Positions 36,392-50,331 of a DNA stretch of 64,000 bases are shown here, in pieces. The position numbers were made by a program, and so were the translations under genes. The stretch covers positions 124,001 to 188,000 of the forward strand of contig JAYWIR010000089.1 of assembly GCA_036172245.1 (NCBI GenBank), given 5' to 3'. The DNA comes from Raillietiella orientalis. Taxonomy: Eukaryota. The notes below the pieces were generated by a model. The model made no database searches, was not told the origin of the DNA, and saw only the letters and a list, made by a program, of their open reading frames with translations. Position 1 is the stretch's first letter, and each line of letters starts with the position of its first letter.

Positions 36392-36676
36392 GAAGATTCC
36401 ACCCTCTTCGTCTCGTTTGTATCCTTTGTCCGGAAACTCTGTTCCTGTATATTTTGTAGTAAACGTCCTGGCGCAACCAGGTGATAAACAACCGACCCCT
36501 CACGATCGTCTCGATCTCCTATACGTCTGCCATGGTGATCACATGGATCTCCTGCAACAGGGCCAGGTCGAGCTCACGCAGGGTGTCGGCTGTATCTCGC
36601 CTGTTGCCGTCGTCGCGCAGCCGGTTGACATACTAACAAGCCGCGCGAATCCGACGGCGACTGGCGAGCCCAGGTG

Positions 36677-38421
36677 TTAATCCTGGGAAGATGGCGATGC
36701 GGCGTGCGCTACCTGCTGGGGTGGGACGCAAGGTGGAGGAGGAGGGTCAAATGTTGAAGGCACCTGGCCCTCCTCCTCCATGGGTAACGGCGCGTCGAGC
36801 AGGTCACCCGCAGGTGGGGTCGCGCCTACATGTTGGCCCTCCTCCATGGGAGCGGGCTGTTCAGGGTGGGCGACTGCAGGGTGGACTTCACCCTCCTCCA
36901 TGGAGGTGGCCGCCTCGACGGCTTCTGGGCGTGGGAGTTCCCCTCCCGGGATTCCCACGCTTCGGCTACCTTCCTGCTTCTCCTCCTCGCTGGTGGAGTA
37001 GAGGCGCCTCTTGGGTTTCTGGGAGTTGCGTCCCGACTTCCAGGAGGGTGACTCCGCGGAGTAGGACGAACTTCCGGTCCCCAGGTCGCACTTACCTGCA
37101 GGAGCCTTCTTGACCGGAGCCGGCCTTCGCACGGCCTTGCGTGAGGGGTTCTCACGCTCGGCCAGCGTGGCCGCGAGCTCCTCCGCCGCCTGCGCCAACG
37201 CGGCGTCCTCGCTGTCGCTTCCCGAGTCACACGGCTCACCCTCTGTTTGCACAGAGGGTTCGCCGTCGCGAACCTCGGGCGCGACGGAAACGGCGAGGGG
37301 AGGCTCGTCGGCCCGGGTGGCAGCCTAGGGAACGCTGACGCGTTCCAATGCTACCGAGTACTCGCGGAGATTTTTTGACAGCAACGTGGCTTTATTCTTT
37401 TTGCCGGCCGTGTTCTTTTTCTCCGTTTTCTCCACTGGTCCTTTGACCTCTTTTTTCTCTTTCCTGGCCTTTACCAGTTGCCATCCCTCTTCCACTCGCG
37501 CGCCTTCCGCGGTTTTATCCTCCGACGCCTGGGTGGGAGTAGGAGTAGATGGCGGCTGGGTCCGGCCATTATCGCGCGCTGGTCTTTCTACCAGCTTTAC
37601 GCGCTTGCCCTGTGCCCTTTTGGCAGCAGGAGGCACCGGGATGGGGCGTTTAGGGCACACACGATGCACCTGTCCCTTAACCCCGCACAAGTAGCACTCA
37701 ATGTTCGTGAACCGCTTGCGCAAGTGCCTAACTGCGTCGCAGTAGCCACAAGTGCGGGGTTTCCCCATGTACCAGAGGTCGACAGATTCCTTCGCGACCT
37801 CCAGTTTGTGGGGCAACCCAGAACCCTCATTGACAGTGACACGCGCTGCAGCCTGGCCTCCGAAATGGCTATTAAAGCCATCAAAGATGGTTGGCTTTGG
37901 CCACAACGCGTGTACCTCACCGTACTTCTGTAATTCATTATTGACCGCAGAGCGCGTCATGCGGTTCGGAATCTCGGTTAGATGGACCACTACGGAGCGG
38001 TCCATGCTAACCGATACGATCTTCCGGCCATCCACATTCAGCGGAGTGTTTATCAGGCGCTGTGCTAAGGCTACGTCTTTGCAGACGACCTCCACGCGCT
38101 GCCTCCCGCTGAGTACGGAGAGGCCGTAGAGATCCACTTCTCGTACAGGAAAGTCCTGCATTGCCTTACTAAAGGCTCGGGCGGTGCGACCATCAAACAG
38201 GGGTCCTTCCTTATAAACCAGAGATGGTTTATATCCAGCGGCCCTGTAAGCCGCTTCCTCCGCCAAGGTTTCCGCGCTCTGCGCGCCCACCATGGCGCTC
38301 CAGGTCCTCGGCGTCGCCGGAGATTATTCCGGGGAGGATGCCCCTTGTTCTGTAGGGTGTGGGTGGGACTAGCCTTACTCACTGCTACCTCCATCGTGGT
38401 GTCCCCTGGCAGCGATGCCAT
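36677..38421 (-). pseudogene. LINE ORF1, best-preserved copy (322-aa frame plus in-frame 3' continuation across one TAG)
   Basis: ORFs 38293-37325 and 37252-36677 are in the same frame; knuckles CGYCDAVRHLRKRF (degenerate) and CYLCGVKGQVHRVC; N-terminus from ATG 38421 is frameshifted. Confidence 0.85.
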
Positions 38422-38572
38422 CGGACACCAACGATGTGAAAAAGCACACACTTCACTCGAGAAAAAACCGCTTTCCGGTACTCGTTGACGGAGCGCCGGA
38501 AAAACACGTCCTTCCGTAACGAAAGGGCGTATTTATACTCCCATCGTTACGCGTGGACTCCCAACGTCCGTC

Positions 38573-39280
38573 GCCTGGTTGACTATTGAGCCGGGGCTGA
38601 GCGTCGAGCTTGGCAGCCCGGGCCGCCCACCCTGCTGGACGACCAGGACCACGAACACGGCCCCGTCAGCGATTCGACACATGCTGAGAAAATTTTATTG
38701 CTTCCTGTACGTCAGGGCGCCTTCCCAGCGGGACGTCTCGCGACTGTTGCTCCCGAAAGGAGCCCCGGCCATAGGGGTAGAAGAGAAAGAAAGCCTCGAC
38801 GAGCCTTTTACGACCGTTAAAATTTTCACCGCGATTAAAGCGCTCAAGAGGCGGAAGGCACCAGGGGAGGACGGCCTGCCCGCGGAGTTTTTTCAAAGCT
38901 TCGCGGCAGAGTTGACCCCTTTGGTGCACAGATTGACACAGCTGATCCGGGAAGAAGGCGATGTTCCCGCCTCGTTCCGGTCAGCTAGGATGAGGCTCCT
39001 TCCTAAGGGAGGAGACCTCCGTAAGCTAACCAACTGGCGTCCGATCACTGTCGTGAATACGGACGTCAAATCGGTCGCGAAACTGTGGGCTGCGCGGCTC
39101 GTACAGGTAGCCGAATCCGTAATTAGCCCGGAGCAGACTCACGCTGTTTCCTGGCGAAGCATGGAGGTTAACCTGTTCTTCTCGCTAACCGAGCGCATTT
39201 CCTCCTCCTCAGCATGAGGAAGAGCGACGCACATGGGGTTGCGGGACTTCCGGCCTGCCTTCCTCTTCGGGAGGGCGATT
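38573..39280 (+). mobile_element. Mirror copy of ORF2 fragment 23703-24410
   Basis: Identical 212-aa ORF 38579-39217. Confidence 0.9.
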
Positions 39281-39473
39281 CTGTTCGCTTACCATTGCCA
39301 AAATCCTCATTCTTCATCCTGAGGACATCAAGAACTCGAAACAACCCAACAGCCAAAGTACCCATAAACAAAGCGCATCAGCCACTGTTCCCTTACCATT
39401 GCCAAAATCCTCATTCTTCATCCTGAGGACATCAAGAACTCGAAACAACCCAACAGCCAAAGTACCCATAAAC
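39281..39473. repeat. Mirror copy of the 89-bp direct repeat pair
   Basis: cttaccattgccaaaatcctc...gtacccataaac occurs twice. Confidence 0.95.
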
Positions 39474-40692
39474 CGGTGGGAGCGTTTCCGGCTTCCGCCT
39501 CGGACTCGGAAGTTTCCGGTCCTTTGGCTTCCGCCGGGCGCCTCACGGCCTTCTTTGCAGCCTTAGGCGGCTGCATTAAGGTGGCCGCGAGTTCCTCCGC
39601 CGCCTTCGCGAAATTCTTTTCGTCGCTGCTACTCGCCTGGTTGCTGCTTATTTCCTGCGGCGGTTCCGAGGCGTTCGCGACGGTTGCGGGAGTCGCGTTC
39701 GACGATCGACGCTCGATCGACGGAACGCGCTCGATTGTAATGCGGCATTCCCTTATTACCTCGCGCAGCGAAATTTTATTTTTGCCTTTCGCTGGTTTTT
39801 TCGGAACGCTTGCGTTCTGATTTGATTTTATTTGTAGGGGTTTTTTTGGTTTTGTTTTGAATTTCTTTTGATTGTTTATTCACGACCGTTTTCCAGCCTT
39901 CCTCGCCGGCAGTCGGCTCAGCGGTCTCATTTTGGGAATTGCGGTCCATCTGCACGACTTGTTCTTAAGTTAGCTAAAGATCGCCTTGTATTTTGTTTTC
40001 CGCCTACTTTCCCTCTTCCTGTATTTTCGGAATTTCCGGCGTTGGAACGGCGTTCATCGGGCACAGGACGCTCGTGTGGTGTTTCCCACCGCACGTTGGT
40101 CATGTCGCCTCCGGGCATGTATTCTTGAGATGCCCAAACGTGTTGCATAGCCCGCAGTAGTTCCCCTTCCCAACGTACCAGAGATCAAGGAGCTCGTCGT
40201 TGATCTCCAGCTTGTGGGGAATTTGTACGTCTCCACGGAGAGTTACGCGAGCGGCAACTCGCCCACTAAATGCGCCTGGATATGAAAAGGCGTTAGGCTT
40301 GTTCCACATCGTGTATATCCCGGCGAATTTGTTAATTTCGGTGCCGAGGGCTTCCCTGCTTATGCGCACCGCTGTATCTGTAAGGAGGATTGCTATCGAG
40401 TGATCCACCGTGTGCGGTTGAAGATTGCTTCCTTCGGAAGGAACGGGCGTCCAGAGCAGTTTGTGCGTGAGCGCTGAATCTCTGCAGATGAGCTTCGCGA
40501 ACTGCCCGCCACTCCGAACTGAGAAGCACAAAATCTTCTCACCTGTGATACCCATCCTACGGATGGCGTTTTCAAATTTCCTCGTTGTAAGCGGTGAATA
40601 CAAATTGCCTACATTGTTGAGAAAGGCAGGTTTGTAGCCCTCCTTTATGTAGGCGTCAACTTCCGTGGCCACATCGGGCAGTGACGACGAGA
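39474..40692 (-). mobile_element. Mirror copy of ORF1 fragment 22291-23509
   Basis: Mirror ORFs, one substitution seen. Confidence 0.85.
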
Positions 40693-43600
40693 TAATGTCG
40701 AGGCGGAGGGTGGAGTTCAGCATATCTGCACGGCGAGCAACGGGCCATCGAGGGGAGAGAATTATGTACAGTGTGTCGACAACAAAGTCATGTCTTCGAA
40801 TGGTCGTCGTCATAAGTTGGATTGGACAATGACACAGAAGACGGGCCAATGTTTCCTTCACGTGGCCACATTTTCGGCATGGCGCGAAGTCCCCACGTGT
40901 TTTTCGATTTCCGTTAAGAAATAATTGGTTTGGGCGGCTGTGATGTATGAAACGCCAGTCTGCAAATATGCATACATCACATGAGGGTAGGAATGACATG
41001 GAGGCTTTGTGAAGGGCTACGCATTCCATTTTCTTACCTTGGTTTGGCTTTGCTTGAAGTAATAATCGCTTTTGCGCTTTGAAGTGAGCACATATTGTTT
41101 GTTTTACTTGTCTACGTTGCCAGAACAATAGAATTTGGGGGCTTTCCTGCTCAGGAAAACATAAGGAGAGCGTCAGATTATTATCTTCAAAGTTCCACGT
41201 TATGGGTAGATGCTTCGTTGCTTCCCGTAATGCGGACCACATCGTGCGGGGATCACCACTTTGGAGCTCCAAATGGCACGAGGAACATCCATTGAGGTAT
41301 CGCGCTAACAGGATTAGGTCGGGTGGGGCGTGAGCCTTTCTACGTGCAGCAACGGAAATGGTAGAGAATGCAAGATCGGTCACATGCGTTTCCGTGCATG
41401 TTACCGGCTCAAACACAGAGTCAGCTGTCATGGTTCGTGCTTCTTCAACAAGAAGCATTACCCGAAGACATCCATCACGGAGACTCTCGTATAGGTATTC
41501 GTTAAATGAGCCTTGAGTAAGGGGAAGGATAGCTTTCTTGAACGCATTCCGTATTATTTTGTCGATCGTGACCAATCACGGTATAGGTTATGTGGTTATG
41601 AGGCGTAAGTCGTGTACTCAAGATGGCAGGAAGAAGGATTTAGTTGCCTCTAGTTTCTGCTCTGGAGCTAACGAGGAGTCTGCAATAATTTTGAAGAGCG
41701 TAATGAACGTATCTACGCTTCCGTCATACGTGAGGGGGTCAAAACCAACCGGTTTTCCTAGATAGTTATATGTTTCATGGAGGGAAAGGGACGGAATTGG
41801 TGCACCATTCACAGACAGCGATGTATTTTAAACATGCGGTGAGGAGGGTACGTAATGCTCCGAGCCGCATTGGTTGGGGTTGATTTGTGAGTTTGCAGCA
41901 CGGCTTGCATTTGCAAGTGTGGTGATGCCAAAATGTTGCTCATCTACGGAGCTTGCTATGAGCGCAATATCGTCTGCATACGCAAGTGGAATGATAGAAG
42001 AATGGTGGTGCTTCAGAATTTTGATAAAGGGTTCGAGCGCGATGTTAAATAATACACCACCCAAAGCGCACACTTGGAGTACTCAGGAGAGAATAGGAAT
42101 TCGATAGGGAGGTCTGTCCGAGGTTAAAATTGTTGTAAATTTCGAATACATTTCGGATATGATACCATGAAATTGATGACCATTCCCTAGTACGGTCAAC
42201 TTGTATAGGATGAGCTGGTGGGGCATGGAGAAAAACGCGCCTTTAAAATCTTCCCAAGCGATGGGAATGTCATTGTGATGGATTCGGGAGCGCTCGACTA
42301 GAGTGGTCAGGACAAAGTTCTGTTCAAAAGCACCATCACAAGGAAGAAATCCCTTCTGATGATGTCCAAGGATTCCTTTGTTCAGGGTCCACGTTCGCAG
42401 CAGTTTCCCGAGAATTTTACAGAACAGTTTGCCAATAGTGTAGGAGGTGGCCATGGGACCAAATTGTGTGACGTCAGTGCAGTCATATGCTCCAGATCTG
42501 GGAATTAGATCTGTACGTGAACTCTTCCATTCATTAGAAATTCTCAACTGGTGAATACAAACATTGTAAAGGACAGCAAGACAAGATCCTTCTGGATCAG
42601 CTTTCAAAAGGAAAGAGTAGGGCATTCCATCATTTCCAGGGGAAGTGTCCTGAGCGTTCGGTAATGTGAACACAACTTCCGGAGGGGTAATGTTTGTGCA
42701 ATTAACTTCCCAAGATGCTAGAGTTGAAGAGCTTTTCTGAAGAATTTCGTTATTAATATTCTTTGCTGAGAATCTCTCACTAAAGATGGTTTCAACTGTC
42801 GATAGAGAGCCGTTGAATATAATGGGATTGGGGTGCAGAAGACTGCTAATGGCTCGCGTTCTGTTGCGTCGATGCAAAGTTCGTAGTTGCTTTGGTAAGG
42901 ATAGGCGAAAAGCATTGCAGGAAGCAGTGGGTGTTCTAGAAGGGTTGAAGAGGCGTATGTTGAATGTAGAAGTCATCGTATCCATGACTCTGTTTAGCAT
43001 ATCAATGGTACGTTGCCAATTGTCGTTAGACTTTGGTTGTGTTGGGGGAGATGTGAGACTCGGGGTGTAAGCAGTGAGCACCGAATGTGTTTGTGCGTAG
43101 TATATGCCGAAAGTTTTCCAATAACTGTTGTACTTCAGGGTTTCTCGGTACGGGTTCGTTCGATGAGCGCAAAGGATACGGGTGAATTAGATGTACGAGT
43201 GGCGCGTTCTGTTGTGAGGTTCGGGAAACAGGGGAGCGTGATGGTACTCTTGAAGGTTCAGGGACTTTCAAGACACAGTTTGCTGTGAGTAAGGGATCCT
43301 TCTTTTCTAGGAAAGTAGGTGCAACGGTTCCGTGTGTTGCTTTTGCGGCAATACGGTTGAATGTGCGTGTCGAATGAGGAGCACGTAGTGTAGGAAGTGG
43401 TTTCTCGAGTTGATTTTGCAGTCGCATGTGCCATCGACTATGATTGTGTAATCCACGCATTGAGGGAAAGGTGGTTTTACAGTTGGGAATGCTACATTGT
43501 GAAGGAAGGAGTGCCACGGGAAGCTGAGCCGGAGAGATGTGTTTAAAGCATGGGTGGTGGTGTGTAGGATGGGAGACATCCGAGGCGCATTTCCTACAGA

Positions 43601-45252
43601 GCAACTTGTTTTTGCGCAAAGGTAGCTTGTGTGCAGTGGTTAAGTGGCGTTTGAGAGACCGAAGCGTGTTGCAGGCATCAAGAGTTCGTGTTCGCCAGGG
43701 AGAGAAAAATATTATGAAGCTTGGGCTACGGAATACGGGAAATCGCAATAAAAGGACGTTGTTAGATGTATGAGCAACATCGTTGTTGGCTATAGGCGGA
43801 TATGGAATGTCCGTGAGTGGGGGGGGGGGGGGTAGTAGATCGGGAAGTGGGGGGTGAGGACACAATAGAGGTAGCAAGGGCGCGATCGAGAGGTGGGGTT
43901 TTTACACACTGACGATGACATCGACGGAATCTGGGTGGTTTCGGATTGTGGTGGTATTTTCGAGATGGTCCGTTGCGCTGCATAGATTTAGGGGACAAGG
44001 AAGCAGCAGTATGTAATGGCTGCGAGGTGAGAGGTGGAGGGCTGTCTTTTCTGTTAAGTATTGGAACAGAAATTGATTGTGTGGTGTTATGCATGGTGAG
44101 TGGAGCATTCCCTACAGGGCATGATCTGTGAGCCGCCACACAGGAATCTTTCCAAGGCATCGCATTTTAACTGGAGATGTACAGCCACTGAGGGAGGCTT
44201 TGGTGATGGGAGGGGAGCGTTGAAAAGACGCATTAGAATCGCATATTTTTGTGAGCATCACGAGAGGCTGATTGTCCACATCAGCAAATGTCGGTGATGA
44301 AGAGAACAGGGTAGATTTCGTTTGATGCGAATCCAGTGGTGCTGGGGCATTGTGAGGTTTCCAGTTGCACAGGGATGGAAGAATCATTCAATGAGAGAAT
44401 TTCGGCAGGCAAAAGTTGAAATAAGTCTTTGTGTTGCAGGAAAACAGCCATTGCTTCCTGCAGTCCAGGAGTTATTACAAGTTGTGGTTCGGGAATCACA
44501 TTGTTGTCAGGTTGACGTTCAGGAATCGCGTTGATCCGTAGTTGGTGTGTGGTTGATGTTTCGGTACACAGTCGCTGATTGGTTTTCGATCGGGTGTTCC
44601 TATGTTGTTACGTTACTAGTGCCACGTGCTTCGTCGAAGACTTCGTGTAGTAACCATTTCTTGGTTCTTGATGTGCCATGTGTTGTCCGCTTGTGCGTCC
44701 AGAGATGGCTTCTACGGTCGAAGCTGGATCCACAGGAGGAGCACGGATATTTAAGCTTTTTGGGGGGACGAGGAAGCCACACATTTCGAATTGAGTGGGT
44801 ACATTCATGAGAGTCGGGGGAACAGTGGGACAGGTCCACAGTAAAATCGCATTGGTTACAAAAGCGAGTGGAGCTTTGGGGAGTTACACCATGTTCACGT
44901 GTCAGATGGTGCTTCAGGTTGCGGGAACCATTGTGCCTTTCTTCGGCTGAGGATGCGAATTTACAGTCAGGAATAGGGCATGGGCAAGGACGTGGAAGCC
45001 AAATGCAAACGAATAAACCACGGTCGGCGTCTAAAAAGGCGGGTTCCAAAGTTTGTTTTTGAACTTCTATGGTTTCAAGGAGTGGTTGCTCTCATGTAAC
45101 CAGAGTAACGGGGAATTTTCCACAAACGAGCGCGAACGAAGGTACAGGAGTGCATGCGAGCACGGCGTTGGGGGTACAGCCGCAACTCCAACTTCATTAC
45201 GCGCGGTAAGAGTTTGCCATACGGCGCCACATGGTCGCGCCGCCATCTTTAA
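40693..45252 (-). mobile_element. Mirror copy of the RLE-type element (includes most of chimeric ORF 40100-41575)
   Basis: Identical 491- and 332-aa ORFs; zinc-finger ORFs differ by one substitution and one poly-G indel. Confidence 0.88.
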
Positions 45253-45757
45253 AATTCAGGATTGCAAATAAAAAGAAAAATTAACTAACTCAACAACAAT
45301 TTCGGTTTACACAATATTCAAGAAACCACAGAAGGTGCTAGTTGCTGCTTGCATTGAAAATTGAAGCTCGAAACAAAGAGTTGAGATCCTGGGATGCTAT
45401 GCGACAGTAACTATTGTGAATGAATTCACGCGTTGCACTGATAATTTTTCTGCCAACACGGTGGCCAAAAAAAAAAAAAAAAACCTTTTGGAAAAGATTG
45501 AAACGTTCTTCCAAAATCTTGAGGTCAAAAGGAACATGGAAATAAGCCTTACCTTGGCCAATCAACAGCTTTCTAGTTAAACTATAACAGCTACGGACGA
45601 CCAAAGGAGCGCCCTTTCTTTTACCACAATAATCACTGTATTACTACGATTCCTTGTAAACAAGTAAAATAACTTTGTAAGATGCACTGCAAACAATATA
45701 AATGTAAGTGCGTAGAGAAAATTTCACGAACTTCACAATTGGACTGTCAGCTACTTA

Positions 45758-48700
45758 GTGACACGAAGACACGTCCGCACATACAGGCTGACGCTGGCCA
45801 AACTGACGAGCTCTTGTCCACGTACGCCGTTCGTGGCGGCGTATGCCGATGACCTGCTTCTCCTTTCACCCATGTCCACCCCGGCGACCACTCTCCAGAA
45901 TTACTTCGAGCTTATTCGTCCGGGAGCGGGCGTGAGCGTGAACAGTACGAAATCCAGCGCTATGCCGGTTGGCTCTACGTGGAAGGGGCAGTCGGAATGG
46001 ATTCGCCTGGGGATCCACACAAGTAGGTGCTTTGAGTACCTTGGCGTTCCCTTGACCGCCTCCTGTGCAGCACAAGCGTGGTCGGACTGTCTTCACAAGG
46101 CCGAGACTGCCCTGGCATCGTTACAAGGCCTCACGTTCCTGCTGCCGGAGCGGACCTTCGTGTAGAACATTTTCGTTGCCTCCTTCCACCGTCCCCTCTT
46201 TTTTGTTTGCCCCCCTCCCTATTCGGCCAAGCTTCGGGCGAAGCGTCTGTTGCGGAACGCCTTGTGGGGACCGTCGAGTCCCAGGATCCGCCTCAAAGAC
46301 TTGGCGTCTCCTCGGCGGGATGCCGGCTTGGGTATTCTGACGCTGGAGCGGATCGGACTGCTAGTGCAGTTCCGCATGCTGGCACTGCGCGTCCAGCTTT
46401 GGACGAATTCGTTGCGTGTTCCAGCGTGCCTGTTTCTGCGGCGCTGCATGGGGGACGACGGACAGCGTTCGTTGCACCTGCGTGCGGAGCGCGCCATGAG
46501 AGGATTCAACTTCTCGCTTTGGCAGCTCGCCTCGCTTCTTGGAACGCATTCGTGGATTTCCTGCCGGCCGACCAACTTCAACTCCTGGCGGCAGGAAGTC
46601 TTATCGACCTAAACAGGGCACAGGATGTGTTCCGATTGGAAATCCGTTGCGTGAATCTTGCCCCATGTTGTCCAGTGGGGAAGGTGTGGCAATACCAGGA
46701 CAAGAGGTCTCGCCTGGCCGCTACGCTCCTCGCCAAAGCGCTGTCTGCCCTAATGGCCCGGCACGATAGTGACTTACCGGCGAGGTGAAACGTCGCTTGC
46801 GCTATCGCAGGTGAAACCCGACTTCTGGGCAGCTGGAGGACCTGCGTGCTGGCAGACGCTGCCACGCCTCGCCTTTGTGCCAACGGACTTCTCCGGTGGA
46901 GCGAGCTCCTCAGAGTGCGGTCCGATGAACTTCTGGCCCCTTCCCCGTGCTTGGACACGGACACCACTGTGTTCCCCCTTCTGTAAAAACAGAACGCTTT
47001 TCTGCTGGTGCATTGGGGCCTGTACTGCAAGCAGCGCGCTCACCTGGTTTCCGGGGGAGTCGCGTCCTCTGACTGTGCAGCATGCGGAGCGGTGGATTCG
47101 CATCCGCATTTCCTATTTGGATGCGGTGCCCTCCAGGAGCTGTGGCGGTAGCTGTCTTCAGCGCTCCTGGACCCCGGACACATCGTAACGGATTCTGTGC
47201 GCAGCTTCCTCACGCGTGGCTGTCCACCTCTATAAGCGGTCGTCGCAATCGTCTGCTGCGTCCTTGCCATTGTCAGGGCCCGCCACGTATTGCAGCTGCG
47301 AGCAGTCCTAACATCGGTCCTGACAGTGCAGCCTGCAATCTGCAACTGGCTGCAGGGTGGTTATACGTTGATGAAGAAGTGAGGGCGAAGATTGCCGGCA
47401 TTGACCGCCGGTTCTGAGGAATGAAAACGGATGAAGCTGCAGACCCCTGTCCCTACCCTTTCACTATACTTATTCAATTTCCCCTCTTTGCCGTTCCGAA
47501 CTCTCAGTGTGCCCGACTTGCGTACCGGGAACCCTCCTGCTCATCTGGTCCTCTTTCCTGGGAACACATGTACCAGATGATTTCAAACAACAAACGTCCT
47601 GGCGGGACCGTGTAACAAACGACAACGCTGCAATCTTTGATCGAAACGCTACCAAGCTGTTTTTTTACGCGGTTCCGATTTGTTTCTCTAGCCGTCGTTT
47701 TTCCTTCGCCTTCTTGGCTGTTGCCACCTGCCATTCAGAGCATTTTTCGTTTTCCTTAACCGTTTCGGCGCTGTTCGCCGGAGTCCTGGGTGCGGCCTAA
47801 CTTGGGACGCGAGTGGCACAGCTATCGCTGCAGCTTTCGACGCAAGCTATTTTGGTAGCAGCCTGGAGCGTTTTTTCGCGTGTCTCATGGACACCACGCG
47901 CACGGCTGCATGTGGTCACACCTCCCGTGTGTGTCCCATCGTCTTGTATACCTGGCACTGGACGTTGACGCACTTCTTTTTGTGGTGGCCCGATGTATTG
48001 CGGAAGCCGCAGTATTTGGGTTTCCCCACAACTATAGGTCGATCGTTTCGCCGACGACCACCAGTTTGTGAGGAAAAGCACAGTCTTCTCGGACGGTAAT
48101 GCGCGCAGCCGTGAGGCCATATTGCAGTCCAGTATAGTCCAAAAATGGACTAGGCTTGGACCAATGGGCATGAATCGTTTCGAATTACTCCAGCACGGCG
48201 CGTACGGTTCCCCTACTGATCCGCGCTGTAAACTACTAATAGGTGGACCACCGTGCTGCTGTCTTCCATAATGGGAAGAAGCCTGCGTTTTCCCATCACC
48301 ACGGAGATTTTGAGCAGCCAGATCTGCCTGTTTGCTGATCACCTTGCTGTACTGCCCCCCTATGCGGAGGGTCATCGCGCGAAGTTCTTCTTTCTGTACA
48401 TTAAGAGCGCGCACCGCCTTGTGGAACTCGCGCACACTCTCAACACAATGGAGATTGCCTACCTCGTAGAAAAGATAGGGATTATACTCTCCTCCAAGAA
48501 GGCGTTCAATTCCGAGGCGGCTGCTGGCGTTGGCGCCGCTACGAAGACGCTGCACGCCCGCGCTACAGCGGGCATTGATTCTGTGGGGACGAGTGCCCCA
48601 GCTCCTTCGCCGCTAAGGGCTACTTTTCCGTCGCCTCCTGGAACTTCCTGGTGGTCGCCGTGAAAAGTATTGCTGTCTGACTGGCCACCGAACCACATGA

Positions 48701-50322
48701 CGCGTACATTTAAGAAGGGTTGCTGGCACCGAGGAGCACCGAGAAAACACGTCCGTCCAGCGCGCATAAAGCATTCGAATTTCTAGACCTGTGTCTTCTG
48801 TTGGAGTTACTGAAATCCTCGGGCTTCCTGGTCTCTTTGTAACCTACCTGCGCTCCTTCTGACGCGATGCGCTAATCCGGATCTATCTCAGTGGACACAC
48901 CGTGCACGGCGTGTCGGTGCGACATGGCATACGGAAGAAAGAGTGTCTGTGTTCCTTCCTCTTCAGTGCCTACTTACAGTTGGTACTGAGAACGTACAGT
49001 TAAACTCTGCCGCATCTGCCGCACGTTTCTGACGGTACGCCTGCGGTTTCAGCATACGCGGACGACCTTCTGCTGCTGCTCCCTATGTCAACTTCGGCTG
49101 CTCAGTCGGGAAACACGACTAACGGAGAAGAGGGCGAAGTCGTATGTGATGCCGGTTGAAGAGGCGTGGACAGTGAAGCAGAACTGGGTCTGCTTGGGGA
49201 TCCCCACGCTGAGGTAGTTCAAGTACCTCGGTGTGCCGTTATGGGACTATCTTTAATGAGACGCATGCCTCCAGAAAGCACAGTCGGAGATCCGCCCGTT
49301 TCAAGGCACCACGTGTTTCCTGCCGGAACAAACCGCAGTTTGGAAAACGTTCGCGGCTCCTCTCCTGCGCACCCCCCACAGAGAGAATGAAGAAGCGTAC
49401 GAACGACCTCCTCCGTATCGCCTTTTGGGGCAACGGGATGGCCCCACTCTGCCTGAATGACTTGTGCGCTGCGCGTTGGGACGGCAGTCTCTGCCTAATG
49501 ACGTTGCAGCAGCTGCTGCATCAGCTCCAGTTTAGAATAATGGCCGTTGTGCCGGAGTTGAGGTGCACCTGCTAACGCGTTCGTGCTCGTCTCCTCGTCA
49601 TGCGAGCCACCCGGAAGACGGAACTCACGCCCTTTGTTGTGCTCCATCGCCAATGTGGATACCAACTACGGATAGTTGCCTCCTTGACACGGAGAAACCC
49701 TAAATTGGTCAACTGTCGCTCCGCGAACGGTAGTGCTTGTTTGCAGGAAATCGTTCGCACGTGTGTACAGAGCGGCACGCAAGGCGCCCTTCAGGAACGA
49801 CGGTGCCTGTTTGGGCGCTACAGAAGTTGCACGCTTCGAGAGATCCTGGAGGCTCCGAGGAAGAGAGTGTGGTCAGGAAGGACCCCCCTCGCTGATGCGA
49901 TGGCCTCCCTAATGGAAGATCTGGACAGCGATGTTGCAGCGAAGTGGGTGTTTTCATTAACCATCTCCGGGAAGAAGAAGAAGCTAGGAGAGTGGAAGAC
50001 GGGTCTGGAGAGCGGTGATCCCTGATTGTGTTCATTGTGGGGAACGGGAGTCCCTTCCTCACTCGCTAGTGGAATGTGTTTTCCTTTGGATTCTCTGGTT
50101 ACGCTTTGCCGCGGCCATCAGTATCCTCTGCGGCAACCCCAGGGACGCTTTAAAAAGCCCCTTCGTTAACAATGCCCTTCGGCTTGCGGCCGCGATAGCA
50201 GCCCTGTGCTGCCCTCGCGGGATCGTCGCGGATTGGAGAAAGCCTATGGGAGGACTTAGCGATAAGGGTGCCATCCAGCACGCCGCAGCTAAAAGTCTCT
50301 CGAGAAAGTCCAATGTACGCTA
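45758..50322. mobile_element. Mirror copies of LINE remnants 12660-17224 (ORF2 +, ORF1 -, ORF2 +)
   Basis: Mirror ORFs with coordinate sum 62982. Confidence 0.85.
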
Positions 50323-50331
50323 ACTGCAAAT

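Larger units (their letters stand above)
26481..36502. other. Unique palindrome spacer (10,022 bp), composed largely of LINE remnants
   Basis: No mirror ORFs in this interval; flanked by the two arm breakpoints. Confidence 0.95.
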
